Assembly: GCA_041752695.1 (NCBI GenBank)
Contig: JBGSVZ010000031.1
Span: 1-64,000, forward strand
DNA from: Terrimicrobiaceae bacterium
GTDB lineage: Bacteria; Verrucomicrobiota; Verrucomicrobiia; Chthoniobacterales; Terrimicrobiaceae
Reading direction: 5' to 3'
Length of the DNA stretch: 64,000 nucleotides
Shown here: positions 10,198 through 19,976 of the stretch, in pieces
How the letters are laid out: every line of letters begins with the position of its first letter
Position numbering within the stretch: position 1 is the stretch's first letter
Made by a program: the position numbers and the translations under genes
Notes under the pieces: generated by a model
Told to the model about the DNA's origin: nothing
What the model saw: only the letters and a program-made list of their open reading frames with translations
The model's database searches: none

Positions 10198-12018
10198 ATG
10201 GACTTTTTCGAAAAGCAGTCCCGCGCGCAGAGCAAAACCCGCTGGCTCATCGTCTATTTCGTGCTGGCGGTGATCTGCATTATCGTGGCGCTGCAGATCA
10301 TCTTTGCGCTCCTGTTTGATCGTCCGCTCGATGACCTGGAGGTTTTGGCCTGGGTGTCCGGCGGCGTGGTGGCGACCGTCCTGATCGGCAGTGCGGTGAA
10401 GATCGCCGAGCTATCCCAGGGTGGCCGTGTGGTGGCTGCCATGTTGGGTGGTGAACCGATTGCGTCGAATACGCAGGATCTCAACGAGCGCAAGCTGCTC
10501 AATATTATCGAGGAGATGGCCTTGGCATCGGGCGTGCCCGTTCCCGAGGTTTATTTACTGCCCGACCCCTCCATCAACGCCTTTGCGGCCGGTCACGGTC
10601 CGGGCGATGCCGCGATCGGGGTAACGCGAGGCTGTATCGAACAGCTTTCCCGCGACGAACTCCAGGGTGTGATCGCTCACGAGTTCAGTCACCTGCTGCA
10701 CGGTGACATGAAGCTGAATATCCAGCTCATTGGCCTGCTTAACGGCATCCTCTGCATTGCTCTCATCGGAGCGTTTATGTTTCGCATCTCCATCTACGCG
10801 CCGCGGTCCCGCTCGAGCGACGACCGCAAGGGCGGGCTGACTCTTGCGCTGCTGGCGGGAGGGGCGGCACTTTACCTGATCGGCTGGATCGGCGTCTTTT
10901 TTGGCAATTTGATCAAAGCTGCCGTGAGCCGTCAGCGCGAATTCCTCGCCGATGCCTCCGCGGTCCAGTTCACCCGCAACCCCGACGGCATCGCCGGGGC
11001 CCTGGCCAAGATCGGGCAATTCAGCTCGCGGCTGTCCAGCCCGCGCGCATCCGAAGCCAGTCATCTTTTTTTTGGCAATGGGGTTGCTGACTCCTGGGTT
11101 TCGCTCTTCGCGACCCATCCGCCGCTGGAAGAGCGCATCCGGGCGATTGCGCCGAACTTCGACCCGGCGGATGTCAAGGTCGTCAAACCCCCGCCCCTCC
11201 CGCCCGAGTCCGCCCAGCCGCAGGACAACCTTCTTCGCCCTCAATCCCTTGGGCGTGCCGCTGCCCTCCTCGCCGCCCTGCCGGGTTTCGCGGGCGAATC
11301 GGTCCGCGACCTCCATGGGGCGTGCGCGTTTGTTTATGCTCTCCTTCTCGACGAACGCGACGACATCCGTGCGGAACAGTTGCGCGATCTGAAAATAGAC
11401 GACGCCATGCGCACGGAAATGTTCCGTCTCTACGATCGCCGCTCCGAGATTTCCCTCGAACAACGCCTGCCCCTTGTCGATCTTGTCATTCCGACCCTGC
11501 GTCACCTTTCCCCCGACCAATACGCCGCCTTCCGCGCGAACGTGCAGCACCTCGTCGAGAGCGACCGCGAGATTCACCTCTTCGAATTTGCCCTGCAAAA
11601 AACCATCCTGCGCCACCTGGAACTTTTCTTCACCCGCTCCCGAGGCCCTGGCGTAAAATTTCGCTCCGTCGTCCCGCTTCTGCCCGACGTCGCCGCCCTC
11701 CTCACCGGCCTTGCTGTGGTGGGACACGACGACCCGGCTGAGCGTCCCGCCGCTTTCGCCTCGGGCGTGCGCGAACTCCTTATCAACACCGCTTCGCATC
11801 CCATGGAATGCGGTACCTCCTGCGACCTGGCAGGCATCGACTCCGCCCTTGACCGCCTCACCGAGGCTTCGCCCGAGGTCAAACGGGTGGTCCTCAAGGC
11901 CTGTCATGCCACCGTGGCTCACGACGGCGTTGTGGAGCTTCGCGAATACGAACTGCTCCGGGCCATAGCCGACGCCCTCGATTGCCCCATGCCCCCGCTC
12001 TCCGCCGTCGCCGCATGA
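10198..12018 (+). CDS. M48 family (HtpX-like) zinc metalloprotease with C-terminal helical domain
   Basis: INAFAAG, HEFSH zinc motif, SRQREFLADA, THPPLEERI. Confidence 0.9.
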   Translation: MDFFEKQSRAQSKTRWLIVYFVLAVICIIVALQIIFALLFDRPLDDLEVLAWVSGGVVATVLIGSAVKIAELSQGGRVVAAMLGGEPIASNTQDLNERKLLNIIEEMALASGVPVPEVYLLPDPSINAFAAGHGPGDAAIGVTRGCIEQLSRDELQGVIAHEFSHLLHGDMKLNIQLIGLLNGILCIALIGAFMFRISIYAPRSRSSDDRKGGLTLALLAGGAALYLIGWIGVFFGNLIKAAVSRQREFLADASAVQFTRNPDGIAGALAKIGQFSSRLSSPRASEASHLFFGNGVADSWVSLFATHPPLEERIRAIAPNFDPADVKVVKPPPLPPESAQPQDNLLRPQSLGRAAALLAALPGFAGESVRDLHGACAFVYALLLDERDDIRAEQLRDLKIDDAMRTEMFRLYDRRSEISLEQRLPLVDLVIPTLRHLSPDQYAAFRANVQHLVESDREIHLFEFALQKTILRHLELFFTRSRGPGVKFRSVVPLLPDVAALLTGLAVVGHDDPAERPAAFASGVRELLINTASHPMECGTSCDLAGIDSALDRLTEASPEVKRVVLKACHATVAHDGVVELREYELLRAIADALDCPMPPLSAVAA

Positions 12019-12060
12019 GAAGGCACCGAGTTTGCTCTTGGGTACCGAACGAGGCGCAGC

Positions 12061-12130
12061 GTTGGAGTCCAGTCCCGCGTAGGCGGGACTGTTCCGGGGA
12101 AAGTGGACACGCTAACGCGTGTACTCCAAC
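12061..12130. repeat. GGAG-type REP-like inverted doublet
   Basis: GTTGGAGT...ACTCCAAC terminal inverted repeat enclosing hairpins CAGTCCCGC-GTAG-GCGGGACTG (12070-12091) and ACACGC-TAAC-GCGTGT (12107-12122). Confidence 0.6.
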
Positions 12131-12169
12131 CCCGGAGCAGCGTTCTCGTCGAATCGCGATCACCCGACC

Positions 12170-13087
12170 ATGAACCGCTACCCCACTGCCCCCGCCTGGC
12201 TCGACCCAGCTCTCGTCGCCAGCCTGGAAAACGACGGCACCTTTGCCCACCGCATTTTCTCCGACGAAACCCAATGGATCGAACGCTACGGCGCCACCGC
12301 CATCGTTTCCGTCACCGACCGGGAGGACGCCGACGCCCTCCTGCCCGAACTTGACGCCTGGGCCGACCGCGCCGGCATTGGCTTTGACCGGATTTTTCTC
12401 CGCGTCCTCGTCCGCCAGCCCCGCGAGACTGACCAGCCAATCCTCCTGCGCGGCGACCCGAACTCCTCCGCCAAGGAAACGGTCCGTGAAAGCGGCCTCC
12501 TTTACGAAGTGGACTTTGCTTCCGGCTACTCCGTGGGCCTTTTCTGTGACCAACGCGCCAACCGCCTTCACCTCCGGAAGCTTGCCCCGCAGCGGGTCCT
12601 CAATACCTTTGCGTACACCTGTGCGTTTTCCATCGCCGCCGCTGTGGAAGGGGCGGAAACCCTGAGCGTCGACCTTTCGAAATCTTCCCTCAATCGCGGC
12701 CGCCGCAACTTCGACCTCAATGGCCTCGACCCCGCCGGCCACCGTTTCATCGCCGACGATGTCCTTGCTGTCCTCCCCCGCCTCGCTGCCCGCGGCGAAA
12801 AATACGACGCCATCATCCTTGACCCCCCCACCTTCGGGCGAAGCAGTCCGAAGCGTTCCTTCCGCGCCGAACGCGACTTCGAAGACCTCATCACCGCAGC
12901 CTACGAATGCGCCGCCCCAGGTGCCTCGATTCTCCTCTCGACAAATTGCACCTCCCTCCATGCCGGCAAACTCCGCTCCATGGCCGCCCGCGTGGCGAAA
13001 GGCAAAGCCGACTTCCATCGCGAACCTGCTCAGCCGGATATTCCTGAAGGCCACGGATCTGCGACCCTCTGGATGCGTCGGAAGTAG
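12170..13087 (+). CDS. Class I SAM-dependent methyltransferase, RlmI/RlmK-like
   Basis: GLFCDQRANR, VLNTFAYTCAFS, VDLS, IILDPPTF motifs. Confidence 0.85.
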   Translation: MNRYPTAPAWLDPALVASLENDGTFAHRIFSDETQWIERYGATAIVSVTDREDADALLPELDAWADRAGIGFDRIFLRVLVRQPRETDQPILLRGDPNSSAKETVRESGLLYEVDFASGYSVGLFCDQRANRLHLRKLAPQRVLNTFAYTCAFSIAAAVEGAETLSVDLSKSSLNRGRRNFDLNGLDPAGHRFIADDVLAVLPRLAARGEKYDAIILDPPTFGRSSPKRSFRAERDFEDLITAAYECAAPGASILLSTNCTSLHAGKLRSMAARVAKGKADFHREPAQPDIPEGHGSATLWMRRK

Positions 13088-13113
13088 CCTTGTGTGATGA
13101 ACACGCCTCCGCT

Positions 13114-13247
13114 GTAGGCCGTCCCGCTGGGACGGCAAGGGGGAGGAGCCGCCCCAGCGGTGCGGCCTACAGCACGGCGGCTTAACAGCAGGACCGCCGC
13201 CGATTTTCAAAACCGACCTCCGCTGTAGGCCGCACCGCCGGGGCGGC
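13114..13247. repeat. Three 23-bp GTAG REP palindromes downstream of the RAYT gene
   Basis: GTAGGCCGTCCCGCTGGGACGGC (13114-13136, +), GTAGGCCGCACCGCTGGGGCGGC (13148-13170, -), GTAGGCCGCACCGCCGGGGCGGC (13225-13247, +). Confidence 0.92.
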
Positions 13248-13254
13248 TCCCCCT

Positions 13255-13701
13255 TCACCAAGCCAACCGCTGAACCTCCCCCGCATAAGCCCAATCCTCC
13301 GCCTCGTCCACCAGCCCGGCCCGCACGGGATTCTGCCGCACATACTCCCACTTGGCAGCGTAACTTTCCGCACTGCGCAGGACATGATCGAAAAACCCCT
13401 CCTGCCACGGGATCCCTGTTCCCGCCTCTCGCGCCATCGTCCGCTTCAGCAACCCCACCCAGGCACCGGGAGATTTTCCCGGTGCGAAACGCACGAAGAG
13501 ATGAAGGTGATCCGGCATCACGACATACCGGCCCACCCAAACCCCATGCTCGTGAGCGGATTCACAAAACGCCCGAAACGCGTCATGCACCGCCGCATTC
13601 GCCAACACCGGAGCACGCCCCTTGGTGCAGAACGTGAGGAAATATGCGGATGAATCCGTAAAGACCCACGTCAATCGCGGCGGACGTCCACGCTCAGCCA
13701 T
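13255..13701 (-). mobile_element. REP-associated tyrosine transposase (RAYT, Y1 HUH family)
   Basis: YFLTFCT, YVVMPDHLHL (HUH), WQEGFFDHVLR, YVRQNPVRAGLV; flanked by REPs on both sides. Confidence 0.93.
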
Positions 13702-13762
13702 GCCAGGAATGCTGACGTTCCCCGGTTCGATCGAACAGCGATTTTTCTCCCAGAGTTCAGAC

Positions 13763-13893
13763 ATTCCCGCTGGGATGGCATGGGGAGAAGAGCCGCCCCG
13801 GCGGTGCGGCCTACAGCGGTGCGGCCCGGCGAGCAATTGGATCGCCGATTTTCAAACCAACCCTCCCGCTGTAGGCCGTCCCGCCGGGACGGC
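13763..13893. repeat. GTAG REP cluster upstream of the RAYT gene (two intact, one eroded)
   Basis: GTAGGCCGCACCGCCGGGGCGGC (13792-13814, -), GTAGGCCGTCCCGCCGGGACGGC (13871-13893, +), eroded TCCCGCTGGGATGGC near 13765-13779. Confidence 0.9.
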
Positions 13894-14004
13894 AAGAGAG
13901 ACGAATTGCCCTGACGCTGATCGACGATCTCGGGTTATGACCGAAGGCCTTGAAGTCCCCGATTGCCAGATATTGGCGGGAGGTTTACAAAGCCCCTCTC
14001 TCCT

Positions 14005-17000
14005 GTGAAGTCTTCCCCAAAGCCTGCTCCCCGGGCCATCCGCAAGTTGATGGCCGCCAACCGAAGTGAAATCGCCATCCGGGTCTTCCGGTCGGCCACC
14101 GAGTTGAATCTTCTCACCGTCGCGGTCTTCGCGCGGGAGGACCGGTTCAGCATCCATCGGTTTAAGGCCGACGAGGCCTACATGCTGCCGGAGAGCAAGG
14201 GGCCGGTGGGCGCCTATCTCGACATCGAGGGGGTGGTGGCCATCGCCAAGGAACACGGAGTCGATGCGATTCATCCGGGCTATGGGTTCTTGTCGGAGAA
14301 TGCCGAGTTCGCGCGGGCTTGTGCGCGGGAGGGGGTTCTTTTTGTGGGTCCGCGTCCGGAGTTGCTGGAATTGATGGGTGACAAAGTGGCGGCCCGCGCG
14401 GAGGCCAAACGTCTTGGTGTGCCCACGCTGCCCGGCACGGACGAACCCGTCAAAGACCGCGCCAAGGCGCTCAAGCTGGCCAGGGAAATAGGATTTCCGC
14501 TCATCATCAAGGCGGCCTTCGGGGGCGGGGGGCGCGGCATGCGGGTGGTCACGAAGGAAGCGGATCTGGAGCGTCTCCTCGACGAAGCGCAGGGGGAAGC
14601 GGCGCGGGCTTTTGGAAACTCCGCGGTGTTTCTGGAGAAATTCATCGGCCGGGCCAAACACATCGAAGTGCAAATCCTCGGCGACCAGCATGGCAATGTG
14701 GTGCATTTGTTTGACCGGGATTGTTCCGTCCAGCGGCGTCACCAGAAGGTGATTGAAATCGCACCCTCGGTCGGTCTCGATCCACAGATTCGCGCGGAAT
14801 TACTCGAGGCCGCCGTGCGGCTGGCTGCGGGGGTCAAATACGATAACGCCGGCACGATCGAGTTCCTCTACGACATGGACTCCCACGAGTGGTTTTTCAT
14901 CGAGATGAACCCGCGCATCCAGGTGGAACACACCGTCACGGAGGTCGTGACCAACATCGACATCGTGCGTTCGCAGATTCTCATTGCGCAAGGCTATCCG
15001 CTCCATGGCCCGGAGGTTGGCCTGCCTCAGCAGGACGCCATGCCTTGCAATGGCAATGCGGTGCAGTGCCGGGTGACGACGGAAGATCCCGCGAATAATT
15101 TCATTCCGGATTACGGGGAAATTCTCACGTACCGTTCGGCCGCCGGATTTGGGATTCGGCTTGATGGGGGCATGGGCAATGCGGGCAGTGTGATCACGCC
15201 GTTTTACGATTCGATGCTGGTGAAAATCACCGCGTCGGGAAAAGATTTTCCGACGGCCCTGCAGCGCATGGAACGTGCACTGAGGGAGTTTCGCATCCGC
15301 GGCGTGAAGACGAATATTCCGTTCCTGGAAAACGTCATCGCCAACGAATCGTTCCGCGCCGGTCAGGCCGCGACGCACCTCATTGACAAGACGCCGGAGC
15401 TTTTCAAATTCCGTCCGCGCAAGGACCGCGCCACCAAGTTGCTGGCATTTCTCGGCGATGTGATTGTGAATGGCAACCCGCACGCCAAGGGGTTCAAACC
15501 GACAAAATCCTTTGTCGATGCGGTGATCCCGCCGTGTGATGAAAAGTCCGCGCCGCCGGCGGGTTCGCGTCAGAAATTGCTGGAGCTGGGACCGGAAAAA
15601 TTCGCCCAATGGATTCTCAAGCAGAAGCCGCTGCTTTTCACCGACACGACTTTCCGCGACGCGCATCAATCGCTGATGGCCACCCGGATGCGCAGTTACG
15701 ACATGCTGGCGGTGGCCGATGGTGTGGCACGGCGGCTGCCGGAACTTTTCAGCCTGGAAATGTGGGGCGGGGCGACATTCGACACCGCCATGCGTTTCCT
15801 GCGCGAGGATCCCTGGCAACGTCTGCGCCAGCTTCGCGAGCGGGTGCCGAACATTTGTTTTCAGATGCTCTTCCGCGGCAGCAATGCGGTCGGGTATTCG
15901 AACTACCCGGACAATGTCGTGCGCGGGTTCGTCAAGCACGCGGCCGGGGCGGGCATGGATATTTTCCGCATCTTCGATTCCCTCAACTACACGCCAAATC
16001 TCAAGGTGGCCATGGAGGCGGTGCATGAGACGCATGGCCTCTGCGAGGCGGCGATCTGTTACACGGGCGATATCCTCGATCCGAACCGCGCGAAGTATTC
16101 CCTGAATTATTATGTGAATCTCGCGAAGGAATTGGAGAAAATGGGCGCGCACATGCTGGCCATCAAGGATATGGCCGGCCTCTGCCGTCCTTATGCCGCG
16201 CGGGCGCTCGTCAAGGCGCTCAAGGATGAGATCGGCCTGCCGATCCACTTTCACACCCACGATACCAGCGGGATCAACGCCGCCTCCATTTTGCAGGCCG
16301 CTGAGGCGGGCGTGGATGTGGTGGATGCGGCCATTGCGTCGTTTTCCGGCTCCACCAGCCAGCCGAACTTGAACTCGCTGGTCGCGGCTCTTCAGCACAC
16401 CAAACGCGACTCCGGGCTCGATCTCGACGCGCTCAACGAGTATTCGGACTATTGGGAAGTCGTGCGGGAGTATTACCGACCGTTCGACACCGCGCCCAGG
16501 ACGGGATCGGCCGAAGTGTATTTGCACGAGATGCCCGGCGGGCAGTTCACCAACCTAAAGGAACAAGCCGCCAGCATGGACATCGCGCATCGCTGGCCGG
16601 AAATCGCCCGGTGTTACGCCGAGGTGAACGATCTTTTTGGCGACATCGTCAAGGTCACTCCGAGCAGCAAGGTGGTGGGTGACCTGACGATGTTTCTCAT
16701 CACGCGTGGCATCAAACCCGCCGATGTGGTGAACCTGCCGCCCGGAACCGCGTTTCCGGAATCGGTCATCGATATGCTGGCCGGAGGCCTCGGACAGCCG
16801 CTGGACGGGTGGCCGAAGGCCTTGCAGAAGGTTGTGCTGGGCAAACGCAAGCCACTGACCGGTCGACCGGGCACCGCAGCCAAGCCGTTGAAATTCGAGC
16901 AGGTGCGCACGGAACTTCAGGCCAAACTCAAACATGAGCCTTCCGAAGATCAATTGTACAGCTACCTGATGTACCCACAGGTCTTCCTCGATTTCGCCAA

Positions 17001-17478
17001 ATTTGAACGGGATTACGGCGATGTCTCGGTCTTGCCGACGCCGGCGTTTTTCTACGGTATGAAACCGCAGGAGGAGATCTCCGTACGGCTCGAGCAGGGC
17101 AAGACCCTCTTCATCAGCCTGGCCAACATCACGGAGCCCGACCCCGAGGCCCGTCGCACCGTGGCTTTTGAACTCAACGGCCTGTCGCGTCACACCTCGG
17201 TGAATGACAAGACAATCAAACCGAAGACCGCTCCCCGCGTGAAGGCCGATCCCGCGGATCCGCTGCAAATCGCCGCGCCCATCCCGGGCATGGTGACCAG
17301 CGTGGGCGTCTCGGTCGGCAGCAAGGTGAAACAGGACGACAAACTGCTTTCCCTGGAGGCGATGAAAATGCTCACCACACTCACCGCACCGGCAGACGGC
17401 ATTGTGGAGGAAATCCACGTCAAGGTGGGGGAGACCGTGGAGAGCAAGGATCTCGTGGTGCGCCTGAGGAAAGAATAG
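14005..17478 (+). CDS. pyc: Pyruvate carboxylase
   Basis: Biotin carboxylase (AANRSEIAIR, HPGYGFLSEN, GGGGRGMR), carboxyltransferase (DTTFRDAHQSL, HFHTHDT) and biotinyl EAMKM domains. GTG at 14005 preferred to TTG at 13963. Confidence 0.97.
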   Translation: MKSSPKPAPRAIRKLMAANRSEIAIRVFRSATELNLLTVAVFAREDRFSIHRFKADEAYMLPESKGPVGAYLDIEGVVAIAKEHGVDAIHPGYGFLSENAEFARACAREGVLFVGPRPELLELMGDKVAARAEAKRLGVPTLPGTDEPVKDRAKALKLAREIGFPLIIKAAFGGGGRGMRVVTKEADLERLLDEAQGEAARAFGNSAVFLEKFIGRAKHIEVQILGDQHGNVVHLFDRDCSVQRRHQKVIEIAPSVGLDPQIRAELLEAAVRLAAGVKYDNAGTIEFLYDMDSHEWFFIEMNPRIQVEHTVTEVVTNIDIVRSQILIAQGYPLHGPEVGLPQQDAMPCNGNAVQCRVTTEDPANNFIPDYGEILTYRSAAGFGIRLDGGMGNAGSVITPFYDSMLVKITASGKDFPTALQRMERALREFRIRGVKTNIPFLENVIANESFRAGQAATHLIDKTPELFKFRPRKDRATKLLAFLGDVIVNGNPHAKGFKPTKSFVDAVIPPCDEKSAPPAGSRQKLLELGPEKFAQWILKQKPLLFTDTTFRDAHQSLMATRMRSYDMLAVADGVARRLPELFSLEMWGGATFDTAMRFLREDPWQRLRQLRERVPNICFQMLFRGSNAVGYSNYPDNVVRGFVKHAAGAGMDIFRIFDSLNYTPNLKVAMEAVHETHGLCEAAICYTGDILDPNRAKYSLNYYVNLAKELEKMGAHMLAIKDMAGLCRPYAARALVKALKDEIGLPIHFHTHDTSGINAASILQAAEAGVDVVDAAIASFSGSTSQPNLNSLVAALQHTKRDSGLDLDALNEYSDYWEVVREYYRPFDTAPRTGSAEVYLHEMPGGQFTNLKEQAASMDIAHRWPEIARCYAEVNDLFGDIVKVTPSSKVVGDLTMFLITRGIKPADVVNLPPGTAFPESVIDMLAGGLGQPLDGWPKALQKVVLGKRKPLTGRPGTAAKPLKFEQVRTELQAKLKHEPSEDQLYSYLMYPQVFLDFAKFERDYGDVSVLPTPAFFYGMKPQEEISVRLEQGKTLFISLANITEPDPEARRTVAFELNGLSRHTSVNDKTIKPKTAPRVKADPADPLQIAAPIPGMVTSVGVSVGSKVKQDDKLLSLEAMKMLTTLTAPADGIVEEIHVKVGETVESKDLVVRLRKE

Positions 17479-17529
17479 GGGAGACCGATTGTTGCGAAAC
17501 TTTTCGTCGCGCCGAAGGTTTCATTGCTG

Positions 17530-17937
17530 ATGAAAAAACTTCTCCTCTCCGCCGTGGCCGGTCTCGCGACCCTTTCCGCTGTTAATCTTCACGCCCAGGC
17601 CCCCGTGCCGCCGCCCGTGCAAAGCCAGGCCGGTGAGCCCGAAAAGGGAGGCAAAGGCGGCGACAAGGCGGCCAAGGGCAAGGAAAAATTCGAAAAGCTG
17701 AAAACCGACCTCTCTCTCACCGATGATCAGGCCAAAAAAGTCCAGGATGTGATGATGGAACAGCGTGAGAAAATGAAGGGCATGAAGGACGACACCACTC
17801 TGACGCCTGATCAGAAGAAGGAAAAAATGAAAGCGGGCCGCGCCGAGGTGGACGCCAAGATCAGCGCCCTTCTCACTCCCGAGCAAAAGGCCAAGTGGGA
17901 CGCAATGAAGAAGAATCGTCCCGGTAAACCCGAATAG
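17530..17937 (+). CDS. Secreted LTXXQ-motif (Spy/CpxP-like) protein
   Basis: Signal peptide; LSLTDDQ, LTPDQ and LTPEQ motifs; Lys-rich helices. Confidence 0.7.
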   Translation: MKKLLLSAVAGLATLSAVNLHAQAPVPPPVQSQAGEPEKGGKGGDKAAKGKEKFEKLKTDLSLTDDQAKKVQDVMMEQREKMKGMKDDTTLTPDQKKEKMKAGRAEVDAKISALLTPEQKAKWDAMKKNRPGKPE

Positions 17938-17959
17938 GGCGGCGACAGTCCTCAGCAAC

Positions 17960-18017
17960 GGAGGGACGACCTCCGTGTCGTCCGCCACCGCGCAGATGCC
18001 ACGGAGATCGTTCCTTC
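17960..18017. repeat. GGAG-type REP doublet (second family)
   Basis: GGAG-GGACGAC-CTCCGT-GTCGTCC (17960-17983) and a degenerate inverted copy at 17995-18017 (reverse complement GAAGGAACGATCTCCGTGGCATC). Confidence 0.6.
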
Positions 18018-18120
18018 GACTTTTGGGAATTTTGCCCTTTTGATTGCACGGTTGCCCCCGTCACCGAGGGCTCGCGCTTTTTTTCCGGCCGACTCGACGA
18101 CAGGGCGCGATTGATCTACC

Positions 18121-19224
18121 GTGCCGCCGATGACTGAAGATGCGCGTGTTTTGGAAGTTTCCGGCGAGGCCGGCCGCTCGCGCCTGACGTTTTCCGGACG
18201 GCTTGATGCCGAGAGCGTGGCGGGAGTCTGGGAGGAAGCTTTGCGAGCCGCGGGAGAGGGCGCGGAGGTGGACGCTGCGGGCGTGGAATATTGTGATGCC
18301 TCAGGCGTGGCCTTGTTGCATGAATTGCAGCGCAAGGGTGCCAAAGTCAGCGGGCAAAACGGGGAAACCGCGAAACTGCTAAAAGTTTTTGCCGAGGCCA
18401 AACGCGAGGCCCAGAGTGAGACGGAAAAACCCATGTCCACTTTGGAGTGGCTTGGCCGCACGGGGGCAGAACTGGCCAGTGATTTGCGCGATCAGTTAAC
18501 CTTTCTCGGCCAGATGGCGGTCACGTACCTCGCCATTCTCCGGCATCCCAAGGCCATGCGTTGGACCGACATGTGGATCGTGTTCGAAAAAGCCGGTGTC
18601 CAGGCGTTGGTGGTGGTGAGCTTAATTTCCTTCCTCACCGGCCTCATCATGGCTTTCCAGGCGGCCCCGCCGCTGGAGCAGTTCGGGGTCGACCTTTTTG
18701 TCGTCAATCTGGTCGCGCTGGCCATGTTGCGGGAGTTGGGCCCTCTGATGACCGCCATTGTGCTGGCAGGTCGCAGCGGTTCGGCCTTCGCTGCGGAGAT
18801 TGGCACAATGAAAGTGAATGAGGAAATCAATGCGCTCACGACGATGGGGCTGGATCCGGTGAAATTTCTTGCCGCTCCGCGGGTGATGGCGGGCATTTTG
18901 CTGACGCCGGTCTTAACGATCTATTCCGACCTCATGGGCGTGGGAGGAGGTCTGTTTGTCATGCTGATGAAGGGTTTTCCCATCATCACGTTGTGGCGGC
19001 AACTCGTCAGCGCCGTGGGGGTGAATGACGTGATGGCGGGAATCATCAAGGCCTTTCTCTTCGGCGCGCTCGTGGCGGGCATTGGCTGCCTGCGCGGCCT
19101 GCAAACAAAATCGGGCTCAACGGCCGTGGGGGTTTCCACCACGCGTTCGGTGGTGAGCGGCATCTTTCTCATCGTCTTGGTGGATGCCGTTTTTGCCGTG
19201 GTCTACTACGCGATTGGATTCTAA
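18121..19224 (+). CDS. mlaE: MlaE-family ABC permease with N-terminal STAS domain
   Basis: STAS-like DAAGVEYCDASGVALL; RELGPLMTAIVLAGRSGSAFAAEIGTMKVNEEINAL. Confidence 0.9.
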   Translation: MPPMTEDARVLEVSGEAGRSRLTFSGRLDAESVAGVWEEALRAAGEGAEVDAAGVEYCDASGVALLHELQRKGAKVSGQNGETAKLLKVFAEAKREAQSETEKPMSTLEWLGRTGAELASDLRDQLTFLGQMAVTYLAILRHPKAMRWTDMWIVFEKAGVQALVVVSLISFLTGLIMAFQAAPPLEQFGVDLFVVNLVALAMLRELGPLMTAIVLAGRSGSAFAAEIGTMKVNEEINALTTMGLDPVKFLAAPRVMAGILLTPVLTIYSDLMGVGGGLFVMLMKGFPIITLWRQLVSAVGVNDVMAGIIKAFLFGALVAGIGCLRGLQTKSGSTAVGVSTTRSVVSGIFLIVLVDAVFAVVYYAIGF

Positions 19225-19976
19225 TGGCGGACGAACCGGTCATTACCGTGAAAAATCTCACCGCCTCCTACGGGGATGCCGTGATTTTGAAAGACATCTC
19301 GTTCACGGTGAACCGCGGGGAAATTTTTGTCATCCTTGGAGGGTCGGGTTGCGGTAAAAGTACCCTGCTAAAACATCTGATTGGCCTCTATCCCCCGGCG
19401 GAGGGGGATGTGTTGATTGATGGCGAAGATCTGACCACCTCCATCGGCGAGGATCGGCAGCGCATCTTGCGGCGCTTCGGCGTGTCGTATCAGAGCGGCG
19501 CACTTTTCGGATCAATGACCCTGAGCCAGAATGTGGAATTGCCGCTGGAGGAATGGACCTCCCTGCCCGCCGATGCGCGCGAAGCCATCGCCTGGATGAA
19601 GCTGAGCCTGGTCGGACTGGAGGAATACGGCGGCCACCTGCCTTCGGAGGTCAGTGGCGGCATGCAGAAGCGCGCGGCGATTGCGCGGGCCATGGCGCTG
19701 GACCCCGCGGTGTTGTTCCTGGATGAACCTTCGGCCGGTCTCGACCCGATCACCTCTGCCGAATTGGACGCCCTGATCCTCCGGTTGCGAGAGACCCTCG
19801 GGGTGACCTTTGTCATTGTCACTCATGAGCTGGCCAGTATCTATGCGGTCGCAGACCGTGTCATCATGCTCGACAAACGTACCAAGGGAATCATCGCCGA
19901 AGGACCGCCGCAGGAATTGCGCGATCATTCCGAGGACGAGTTTGTGCGGAAATTTTTTCACCGGGAGGCAGAATGA
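19224..19976 (+). CDS. mlaF: MlaF/Mkl-family ABC ATPase
   Basis: GGSGCGKST, SGGMQKR, FLDEPSAGLDP, VTHE. Confidence 0.92.
   Translation: MADEPVITVKNLTASYGDAVILKDISFTVNRGEIFVILGGSGCGKSTLLKHLIGLYPPAEGDVLIDGEDLTTSIGEDRQRILRRFGVSYQSGALFGSMTLSQNVELPLEEWTSLPADAREAIAWMKLSLVGLEEYGGHLPSEVSGGMQKRAAIARAMALDPAVLFLDEPSAGLDPITSAELDALILRLRETLGVTFVIVTHELASIYAVADRVIMLDKRTKGIIAEGPPQELRDHSEDEFVRKFFHREAE

Noticed and set aside
11894..13540. 548-aa minus-strand ORF spanning the REPs
   Set aside because: Antisense shadow of the methyltransferase in GC-rich DNA; no motifs.
13107..13897. Repeats considered as a CRISPR array
   Set aside because: Copies are inverted, irregularly spaced, share spacer sequence and flank a RAYT; no cas genes.
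14800..16527. 575-aa minus-strand ORF, and similar long ORFs at 10555-11922, 23735-25201, 31959-33494 and 59880-60971
   Set aside because: Antisense to well-supported genes; expected from high-GC codon bias.
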